Of a stretch of DNA of 32,000 nucleotides, positions 21,503-27,175 are shown in pieces (position 1 is the first letter of the stretch; every line of letters begins with the position of its first letter). The stretch comes from a virus. A program made the translations under genes and the position numbers. The DNA is taken from IMG/VR virus record IMGVR_UViG_3300027908_000022, positions 45,686 through 77,685 of that record; one strand, written 5' to 3'. Under the pieces are notes generated by a model that did not search any database, was not told the DNA's origin, and saw only the letters and a list, made by a program, of their open reading frames with translations.

Positions 21503-21570
21503 CGGGCCCGGCAGGTAATGCTCCTGCGTCCGGAGTTTTGGAGGCTCCGTTGATGCTTCATCACGAACCC
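21503..21570 (-). tRNA. tRNA-Trp(CCA)
   Basis: Acceptor GGGTTCG/CGGGCCC (2 G-U pairs), anticodon arm GGAG(C)-CTCCAAA-(A)CTCC with a C31-A39 mismatch, T arm GCAGG-AGCATTA-CCTGC (non-canonical loop), miniature D arm. Confidence 0.6.
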
Positions 21571-21574
21571 GTAG

Positions 21575-21647
21575 CGCCGTCGGCCGGAGTCGAACCGAGC
21601 CTCACGCCATGGACAGTGGCGCTGCATCACCGAATGCACACGACGGC
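21575..21647 (-). tRNA. tRNA-Asp(GUC)
   Basis: Acceptor GCCGTCG/CGACGGC, anticodon arm CGCCA-CTGTCCA-TGGCG, T loop TTCGACT. Confidence 0.8.
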
Positions 21648-21655
21648 AATATTCG

Positions 21656-21726
21656 TCCCCTCGCCGCGAGTCGAACGCGGCCAACAACCTTAGGAGTGTC
21701 GCGCCTGGATCCGCCAGGACGAGGGG
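21656..21726 (-). tRNA. tRNA-Arg(CCU)
   Basis: Acceptor CCCCTCG/CGAGGGG, loop CTCCTAA with an A31-G39 mismatch, T arm CCGCG-TTCGACT-CGCGG. Confidence 0.7.
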
Positions 21727-21728
21727 GA

Positions 21729-21805
21729 TGGGGTGGGCGGCCGGAGTTGAACCGAGCTTCCGCGCTTTCACAGAGCGCCCTCGTTACCGAACGAGTACGC
21801 CCACC
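21729..21805 (-). tRNA. tRNA-His(GUG)
   Basis: Encoded G-1 opposite C73, acceptor GTGGGCG/CGCCCAC, D arm CTCG-TTCGGTAA-CGAG, anticodon arm GCGCT-CTGTGAA-AGCGC, CCA encoded. Confidence 0.85.
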
Positions 21806-21817
21806 ATACACATACAG

Positions 21818-21889
21818 TCCGGGTGACAGGGATCGAACCTGCCGGAGCGAGCACCCAAAGCTCGCGCTGCACCTTGCAGCTCCACCCGG
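21818..21889 (-). tRNA. tRNA-Pro(UGG)
   Basis: C1-G72 acceptor CCGGGTG/CACCCGG, anticodon arm CGAGC-TTTGGGT-GCTCG, T arm GCAGG-TTCGATC-CCTGT. Confidence 0.8.
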
Positions 21890-21909
21890 AGATGTTGTTG
21901 TTGATGTAG

Positions 21910-21982
21910 TCGGAGCCGCGGGAGTTGAACCCGCCTCATCTTCGTCCCGAACGAAGTGCCTGGGCCGCTAGGCTAGACTCCG
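21910..21982 (-). tRNA. tRNA-Pro(CGG)
   Basis: Acceptor CGGAGTC/GGCTCCG, anticodon arm CTTCG-TTCGGGA-CGAAG. D and T arms are identical to Pro(GGG) at 19262-19334. Confidence 0.85.
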
Positions 21983-21983
21983 G

Positions 21984-22056
21984 TGCCAAGCCCCGGTATC
22001 GAACCGGGCCCTCCCGTTCTTCAGACGGGCGCTTCCACCTGGACAGCTCGCTTGGC
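21984..22056 (-). tRNA. tRNA-Phe(GAA)
   Basis: Acceptor GCCAAGC/GCTTGGC, anticodon arm CCCGT-CTGAAGA-ACGGG, T arm CCCGG-TTCGATA-CCGGG. Confidence 0.85.
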
Positions 22057-22103
22057 ATTGTCGACCTCGGCGCCCGTTTATCGAGCGGAACGCTTTGGTC
22101 GAG

Positions 22104-22174
22104 TGTCGCATACGGGTAACGATCCCGTCCTATCGGTTTGAAGGACCGATCTCCCCACCTGGAGAATATGCGAC
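22104..22174 (-). tRNA. tRNA-Glu(UUC) with C33
   Basis: Acceptor GTCGCAT/ATGCGAC, perfect anticodon stem TCGGT/ACCGA, loop CCTTCAA, T arm ACGGG-ATCGTTA-CCCGT (non-canonical loop). Confidence 0.65.
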
Positions 22175-22178
22175 GCAG

Positions 22179-22253
22179 CGTCCCGCGCGGGAGTCGAACC
22201 CGGCATTCCCACCTTGAGAGGGTGGTGTCCTTAGCCAGTTAGACGAGCGGGAC
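22179..22253 (-). tRNA. tRNA-Glu(CUC)
   Basis: Acceptor GTCCCGC/GCGGGAC, anticodon arm CCACC-CTCTCAA-GGTGG, T loop TTCGACT. Confidence 0.8.
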
Positions 22254-22257
22254 GAGG

Positions 22258-22326
22258 AGCCGGATGCGAGATTCGAACTCGCCTGCGCTGATTACGAAAC
22301 AGCGTTGGTCCCAGACACTACCCGGC
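22258..22326 (-). tRNA. tRNA-Thr(CGU)
   Basis: Acceptor GCCGGGT/ATCCGGC, anticodon arm GCTG(T)-TTCGTAA-(T)CAGC, T arm GCGAG-TTCGAAT-CTCGC. Confidence 0.75.
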
Positions 22327-22331
22327 ATTCG

Positions 22332-22403
22332 CGGCACCTGAAGGAATCGAACCTTCTTCCGTTGGTCTAACAGGCCACTGCTCGGCCACTGAGCTTAGGT
22401 GCC
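22332..22403 (-). tRNA. tRNA-Asn(GUU)
   Basis: Acceptor GGCACCT/AGGTGCC, D arm GCTC-AGTGGCC-GAGC, loop CTGTTAG in a weak stem (3 pairs plus C31-A39), T arm GAAGG-TTCGATT-CCTTC. Confidence 0.7.
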
Positions 22404-22486
22404 AAGTGCGCGGCGACCTACGAGTCTTCCCGCGCGTCGTACACGAACGGAGAGACTGCCCGAGCTCGCGCCCGCGTCACGTCCGG
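22404..22486 (-). ncRNA. unresolved 83-nt spacer, possibly a degenerate tRNA
   Basis: Ends GCGGGCG...CGCCGCGC pair imperfectly. Internal CGTT-CGTGTAC-GACG hairpin. No convincing T arm. Confidence 0.2.
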
Positions 22487-22981
22487 TCAGGTTGTCAAGG
22501 ATCGAAGCCGAGCGAATGGGTCGGCAGCGGTTCCGGTCGAGGGACTCGAACCCCCATGCGCAGCTTCAGAGACTGCTGTCCTTCCTTTGGACGAGACCGG
22601 AGTGTCTATCTTTGCGTCCGTTTTTTTATAGGCCCGCATGTACGCTGCGTTGGCAGCCCTGCATTCGTCACACCTGCACTTTTCGTACGTCGAGATACTG
22701 CCATGCCTACCGTCGCGCCTCTCGTGTCCTTTCTCCTCGATCGACTTCTTCTCGTGACATGCTTCGCACAACAGCTGACACTTCGATAATTCCAGGATAA
22801 GTGTGGCTTCAGAACCTTTGTCGAGTCGGTTGGAAATGTTGAACCGTTTGGTCGCTGGATCGACATGATCGAAGTGAAGTTTACCTTTGGTCGCTCCACA
22901 CTGAGCACAACGAGCACCGAGCATGAGCACATAACGCGCTCGCCGCTCGGCGTACTTTTTTGCGTCGTAAGATGCCGTCAT
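22487..22981 (-). CDS. HNH endonuclease
   Basis: ATG at 22981. CAQCGATKGKLHFDHVDP...LSKCQLLCEACHEKK (HNH) followed by HGSISTYEKCRCDECRAANAAYMRAY. The reading frame continues through tRNA-Gln(CUG) before its first stop at 22487. Confidence 0.8.
   Translation of the reverse strand: MTASYDAKKYAERRARYVLMLGARCAQCGATKGKLHFDHVDPATKRFNISNRLDKGSEATLILELSKCQLLCEACHEKKSIEEKGHERRDGRHGSISTYEKCRCDECRAANAAYMRAYKKTDAKIDTPVSSKGRTAVSEAAHGGSSPSTGTAADPFARLRSLTT
22531..22601 (-). tRNA. tRNA-Gln(CUG)
   Basis: Acceptor TCCGGTC/GACCGGA, anticodon arm GCAGT-CTCTGAA-GCTGC, T arm GGGGG-TTCGAGT-CCCTC. It lies inside the 3' end of the HNH ORF. Confidence 0.8.
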
Positions 22982-22989
22982 CTTTTTCG

Positions 22990-23062
22990 TGGGCCCGACG
23001 GGAGTTGCACCCGCATCGATCGGTGTAAGAGACCGTCATGTTGCTGTTGACACCACGAGCCC
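22990..23062 (-). tRNA. tRNA-Lys(CUU)
   Basis: Acceptor GGGCTCG/CGGGCCC, anticodon stem CGGT/ACCG, loop CTCTTAC, T arm GCGGG-TGCAACT-CCCGT (G at position 55). Confidence 0.75.
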
Positions 23063-23075
23063 GTGAAGGTTCTCG

Positions 23076-23146
23076 TGGGAGGCACCAGGCTCGAACTGGC
23101 CCCTGTCGGTGTAAAAGACCGCTGCACCCCTGGGTGCTAACCTCCC
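23076..23146 (-). tRNA. tRNA-Lys(UUU)
   Basis: Acceptor GGGAGGT/GCCTCCC, anticodon stem CGGT/ACCG, loop CTTTTAC, T arm GCCAG-TTCGAGC-CTGGT. Confidence 0.8.
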
Positions 23147-23186
23147 TCTCGCTGCTTTGGACCGGTGGATTTCATCACTGCCTCCG

Positions 23187-23267
23187 TGAGGTGTCGTGGA
23201 GTCGAACCACTCGCCATGGGCCACTGATTTACAGTCAGCTTCCGGGAACCGCCCGGTATCACACCCC
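23187..23267 (-). tRNA. tRNA-Tyr(GUA)
   Basis: Acceptor GGGGTGT/ACACCTC, anticodon arm GCTGA-CTGTAAA-TCAGT, 11-nt variable arm, T arm GTGG-TTCGACT-CCAC. Confidence 0.8.
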
Positions 23268-23282
23268 AGAAACGAAAAAACC

Positions 23283-23888
23283 CTAGTGAAACATGGTATC
23301 CAAGTGCATTTCAAAGACGTCGACCGGCGCAGTTTGAACAGGCTGGTGCCTCTCAAGGTATCCCGCAGCCTTCCGTAGTACTTCCGGATCGTCACGCATG
23401 AACCCCAAGCCAACGTTGCAGCCATGGCATAGAGCCTCACGCTGTCGTCCCGTATCGTGATTGTGATCCAAGACAAGTCTGGCCTCGGTCCCACAAACTG
23501 CGCACCGACCATTTTGCGCGCGGACGAGTTCCTCACGCGAACGCACCCAGGACCAGTTGCCGCGCACCTCCGATCGATGCGGCGCGCACACCCATATGTC
23601 TCTGGCCGCCCTGTATTGTATCGGCGTCCCAGGCCCGCACAGTGCGCATGTAGCTGTCCGCGTCGTGGGCTCGATGCCGCTCAACCTATGGCACGGCAGT
23701 TTCGTCTTGCCGGAGGCGGTTAGCTTGCGCACGTACGAGTCGCTGATGCCGCGCCTGCAACGCCACCCAGGACGCTTCTTCCCTCGCCAAATGGCGGCGC
23801 CCGCACCGCAAGCCGCGCACGTTGCCGTTCGAGTGGACTCGTTGATGTCGCTTAGCCTGTGCGTCCACTTTCCCATTGCAGACCCCAT
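23283..23888 (-). CDS. recombination endonuclease VII-like nuclease with duplicated N-terminal zinc-ribbon motif
   Basis: CAVCGTEARLVLDHNHDTGRQREALCHGCNVGLGF matches the Endonuclease VII motif. Two N-terminal repeats are TRTATCAACGAG...WRC and TRTATCALCGPG...WVC. First gene of the island. Confidence 0.8.
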   Translation of the reverse strand: MGSAMGKWTHRLSDINESTRTATCAACGAGAAIWRGKKRPGWRCRRGISDSYVRKLTASGKTKLPCHRLSGIEPTTRTATCALCGPGTPIQYRAARDIWVCAPHRSEVRGNWSWVRSREELVRAQNGRCAVCGTEARLVLDHNHDTGRQREALCHGCNVGLGFMRDDPEVLRKAAGYLERHQPVQTAPVDVFEMHLDTMFH

Positions 23889-23897
23889 AAACTGAAA

Positions 23898-23928
23898 AAG
23901 GCCACCTGATTTTTTCTCAGGCGGCCTT
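23898..23928 (-). terminator. candidate Rho-independent terminator for upstream tail genes
   Basis: 12-bp stem AAGGCC(A/G)CCTGA with one mismatch and a 7-nt loop. On the - strand a T-rich run follows (TTTTTCAGTTTAT). Confidence 0.45.
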
Positions 23929-23952
23929 GTCGACTACTTCAAGTCCGCCCTC

Positions 23953-24105
23953 CTATGTTGCGACCTCCGGCTTGGGCTGCTGATCGGAGGTCGCGCGTAC
24001 ATTGGTGCGAATGCTCCCGCCAAAGCACGCGGCACACGACGGTGTGTCGAGCGTATAGCTCGGGACCGCGTGGCCGGTGCCGTGGAGGGACGACGTGAGG
24101 AACAT
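23953..24105 (-). CDS. possible 50-aa ORF in the island junction
   Basis: ATG at 24105, TAG at 23953-23955. About 78 percent G/C at third positions suggests coding. No SD, and it contains the 10-bp inverted repeat. Confidence 0.25.
   Translation of the reverse strand: MFLTSSLHGTGHAVPSYTLDTPSCAACFGGSIRTNVRATSDQQPKPEVAT
23960..23994. repeat. perfect 10-bp inverted repeat
   Basis: GCGACCTCCG (23960-23969) and CGGAGGTCGC (23985-23994) with a 15-nt loop. Confidence 0.7.
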
Positions 24106-24119
24106 GACGCAGGACTAGG

Positions 24120-24146
24120 CTTGCACACCCGCGCGGGCCGTGCAAG
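24120..24146. repeat. 7-bp (extendable) inverted repeat just after the stop of gene 24157-24591
   Basis: CTTGCAC ... GTGCAAG around the GC-rich palindromic centre CCCGCGCGGG. No T-run follows on either strand. Confidence 0.6.
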
Positions 24147-24156
24147 TCGAAAAACG

Positions 24157-24591
24157 TCAGGTCTGCGGTTGGCCGTAGGACGAGGTCGCACTCGTCTGGG
24201 TATTGGCGGCGAGCTGGGCGAGGATGGCTGGCGCCTGCCCTTGCTGAATGAGCGCGATCCAATCGCTCGTGACGTAGTAGAGCGCGCATCGGCCGTTCCC
24301 AGGAATGAGGTCGAGGAGCCCCGGGGGGGACTGATCGGCCGTCGACGAGAAGATGAACATCTCGCCCGGTGGACGCCGCGGGTCGACGCACTTTCGGAGG
24401 AGCGGGAAGCCGGTGACGAGCTTGATCCCGTTGTAGATGTCGACGTTATCCGAGTCGGCAATCGACAAGTACCAGGACGCGCACCGCTGATTGTAGTCGA
24501 ACTCCAAAATATATTGCGTCCCCTCGAACGTCGTATTCTGGAAGTAGGTTGCGATTCCGTTCGCGTCGGTGGGCACGATCTGGACGGTCAT
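24157..24591 (-). CDS. tail/baseplate-associated protein (144 aa), family not recognised
   Basis: ATG at 24591 in an ATGA overlap with the upstream tail gene. Only the C-terminal third of track ORF 24157-25632 is protein-like (MTVQIVPTDANGIATYFQNTTFEGTQYILEFDYNQRCASWYL...). Confidence 0.65.
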   Translation of the reverse strand: MTVQIVPTDANGIATYFQNTTFEGTQYILEFDYNQRCASWYLSIADSDNVDIYNGIKLVTGFPLLRKCVDPRRPPGEMFIFSSTADQSPPGLLDLIPGNGRCALYYVTSDWIALIQQGQAPAILAQLAANTQTSATSSYGQPQT

Positions 24592-25556
24592 CCGAGGGGT
24601 CCTCCTGGACCGAGGAGCGACTTCCCGAAGTTGATCGCCTTGACAACGAGGGACTGGGTGTCGTTCGGCGCATTCGATGGATCCTGGCTGCCCTTGTTCT
24701 TCGGGGGCGTGCCGCCGCCGGCGCTCAGGTTCGGGATCGGGGCCGCGACGGTCTGCGTCGAGACGATGCGGACCTCGGTAAACTGGAGCGTGATGTCGGC
24801 GCCTGTCCCTTGCTCGTCCGAACGGACGTAGGTGATGCCCGAGATGACCATCGGGAAGCAGTAGTCTTTCGTCCCGGAGACCTCGAGGAGCTGTGCGGCG
24901 TTCTTGAGCGCGAGGAGCTGCGCGATCGTCTTGGCCACGTAGTCGGTGCCGGTCGCTCCGCCGGGCCACTGCTGGACCTGCGCCTGGATCGTCTGGCCCG
25001 ACGTCGGTTGCAGGCCGGCGTCGGTCTGGACCGGTAGATCGGTCTCGAAGGCCGGCAGGAGCAGATCGGCCGCCTCGATGCCGACGACCGCCGCGATATC
25101 GCCCACGAGGCGGCTCGCGTTCGCGCCGCCGGCGGCGCTGCCGGCGATGGTGCCCGCCAGGCCGACGAGCGAGCCGGCGATCGCCCGGAGCTCGATGGGG
25201 TTGGTCCAGTTGGGGACGATGATGACGCCAGGGCCCGGCGCCCACCCGGGTCCAGGAACGTCGATCGGCGCCTTCGTCAGGGTCGCCTGGTCGAACGTGT
25301 TGGCGTCGATGGGCTCGTTGGTCGCCCAGACCTTGAGCTCGCACTTGCGGAGCTCGACGCGGACGTGGTCCGCGACGTCGGCGCCCACCTCGACGGGATG
25401 CGCCGTCACGGTCGCATCCTCGGTCCACGTCTCGGACTGGACGAGATCGAACGTCATGAAGTTCGTATTCCCGCCGGTGTCGATCCAGAGAAGGCTCGCG
25501 GGGTTCGCGGGCCATCCGCTCCAGACGCCGCCGGGTGCGAGGGACGATATGGTCAT
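24588..25556 (-). CDS. tail protein downstream of the tape measure (distal-tail / baseplate-initiator-like)
   Basis: ATG at 25556 in an ATGA overlap with the TMP stop, 322 aa. Contains TVTAHPVEVGADVADHVRVE. Function assigned by position only. Confidence 0.6.
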   Translation of the reverse strand: MTISSLAPGGVWSGWPANPASLLWIDTGGNTNFMTFDLVQSETWTEDATVTAHPVEVGADVADHVRVELRKCELKVWATNEPIDANTFDQATLTKAPIDVPGPGWAPGPGVIIVPNWTNPIELRAIAGSLVGLAGTIAGSAAGGANASRLVGDIAAVVGIEAADLLLPAFETDLPVQTDAGLQPTSGQTIQAQVQQWPGGATGTDYVAKTIAQLLALKNAAQLLEVSGTKDYCFPMVISGITYVRSDEQGTGADITLQFTEVRIVSTQTVAAPIPNLSAGGGTPPKNKGSQDPSNAPNDTQSLVVKAINFGKSLLGPGGPLG

Positions 25557-27175
25557 GGCTTACGATGCGCCGTCCGCGCCCTGTCCATACCCCGCTGCGT
25601 CGCTGTCGCGATCCCGGGACCGACGGCGTCACCGACGGCCTTCTTGTCGGACGCGTCTACGCCGTGGACGTCGACCTTGTTGTGGTTCGTGATGGTGACC
25701 GAATGGTCATCCTTTCCGCCGCCCCCACCGCCGCCGCCGAGGACGGGCGGCACGTAGGGCGAACCGTATATATTCTTCCGCTCAGGCCCGCGCTCGACGA
25801 AGTTGGGCTGAGCGTCGGGCGACGGAACGGTGTAGATGGGCTGGCTAAAGTCCTTGGTAGCGTTCTCCTTGTTGATCCTCTTGGCCCGACGGCCCTCCTT
25901 GTTGAGGGTGAAGTCGTCCGCGACTCCCTCCGCGGCGGCTCCGACTTTCTGGCCGCGCTCCTCGGTATCCTTCTTGATATCCGCACCGGCCGTCTTGAGG
26001 CTGTCCCACGCCTTGCCGACGTTGCCGACCGTCAGATAGCCGAGCGCCTCGCCGATCCCCTTCAGCGTGCTGAACATCGTGTCGAGTGCCGCCATCACCG
26101 TATTGGTGATGATGGTGGCCAAGTTTCCCATCAGATCGATGGTCGCGTCGAGCGTGTCGTTGAAGTCCTTCACGAACTGCGCGGCCGTACCGAACCCGAA
26201 TAGCTCGTCGAGCGTGTCGCCGATGACGCTCTCGCCGCCGTGCATCAGCGTATATAGATCGTTGAATATCAGGAAGAGCGCGCCGACAGCGAGAAGGGGG
26301 AGAAGCATCTCCGCATCCAGCAAGCCAAACGCCTTGATCAACCCCCTAACGCTATTCAGCGCTTTCGCCGCAGCGATGACGCCGAAGAAGATCATGGCAG
26401 ACGACAGGAGGTTCGTCGACTTGTCGAACTCGCGGAACCAGCGAACGCCGCGCGTGATCCAGTCGACCAGCTTCGTGAATAGCGGAATGATGGTCGACGC
26501 GGCCGTGGCCTCGAGGCCTTTGGTCGAGAACTGCAGATCCGCCATCGCCTCTTCGGCCTGCTTGGACTGCTCGATGAATTCTCCGGACAGTCCGCCCCCG
26601 AGTTCCTGCATCTTCATGCGGGCATCGCGGAAGGCGTCGCCGCCCTTGAGAAGAAGCGGGACGAGCTCGACGCCGCCGCGACCGAGAAGCTTCATCGCGA
26701 CTTCCGTGCGCTTCGCGGCGTCCGGGATCTTCACGATGCCATCGGCGAACTCGCCTAGAATATCCGTCGCGCCGCGCGTTGTGCCGTCGGCGTTCTTGAG
26801 CGAGATACCGAGATCCTTGAAGACCTTCGCCCCTTCGCCCGAACCCTTCGATGCTTCGCCGATATGGCGATTGAGGAACCGCAGGCCAGTCGCGAGGCTC
26901 TCCGAGCTGACGCCGGCCTCGTTGGCCGCCAGCTGCATGGCCTGCAGTTCGTCGGTCGTCGTACCGAGCTTGATCGCCGTGCGTTCGAGCTGGGTCGCCG
27001 CCTCGACTTGCCCGACGACGAATTCCTTGATCTGATCGACGGCGAAGGCCTCGGCGACGAGGCCGCCGAGCTTCTTGAGCTTCCCGACGAAGCCCTCCAT
27101 CCCCTCCTCGGCCTCATGGAGAGCCTTGTCGTCGACGTCGATCTTGAAGAGCGCAAGCAGTTCACGGAGCGCCAT
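25553..27175 (-). CDS. tail tape measure protein
   Basis: 540 aa, helical Ala/Leu/Gly-rich. Contains TDELQAMQLAANEAGVSSESLATGLRFLNRHIGEA...AKVFKDLGISLKNADGTTR (TP901-type TMP core), a hydrophobic central segment and a Gly8 run near the C-terminus. Confidence 0.85.
   Translation of the reverse strand: MALRELLALFKIDVDDKALHEAEEGMEGFVGKLKKLGGLVAEAFAVDQIKEFVVGQVEAATQLERTAIKLGTTTDELQAMQLAANEAGVSSESLATGLRFLNRHIGEASKGSGEGAKVFKDLGISLKNADGTTRGATDILGEFADGIVKIPDAAKRTEVAMKLLGRGGVELVPLLLKGGDAFRDARMKMQELGGGLSGEFIEQSKQAEEAMADLQFSTKGLEATAASTIIPLFTKLVDWITRGVRWFREFDKSTNLLSSAMIFFGVIAAAKALNSVRGLIKAFGLLDAEMLLPLLAVGALFLIFNDLYTLMHGGESVIGDTLDELFGFGTAAQFVKDFNDTLDATIDLMGNLATIITNTVMAALDTMFSTLKGIGEALGYLTVGNVGKAWDSLKTAGADIKKDTEERGQKVGAAAEGVADDFTLNKEGRRAKRINKENATKDFSQPIYTVPSPDAQPNFVERGPERKNIYGSPYVPPVLGGGGGGGGKDDHSVTITNHNKVDVHGVDASDKKAVGDAVGPGIATATQRGMDRARTAHRKP

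Noticed and set aside
21418-21561. 47-aa highly basic ORF (MKHQRSLQNSGRRSITCRARYFKPQRR...) that looked ribosomal-protein-like
   Set aside because: Its start and N-terminus overlap a foldable tRNA-Trp(CCA) at 21503-21570, there is no SD, and no in-frame start lies downstream of the tRNA. The 106-nt spacer 21397-21502 remains unexplained.
22057-22103. 42-nt minihelix-like element (TCGACC...GGTCGA enclosing CGCTC-GATAAAC-GGGCG)
   Set aside because: It is too short for a tRNA, its loop lacks U33-like features, and it could simply be a processing spacer. Noted but not called.
17150-23300. tRNA genes as a prophage attachment site, or the window as a chromosomal tRNA operon
   Set aside because: No integrase, direct repeats or host housekeeping genes flank the array. 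It is co-oriented with and enclosed by phage tail genes and interleaved with homing-type nucleases.
24592-25632. N-terminal two-thirds of track ORF 24157-25632 (491 aa)
   Set aside because: That part is Arg/Gly/Pro-rich and overlaps the real tail gene 24588-25556 in another frame. Only the last 144 codons (from ATG 24591) look like protein.
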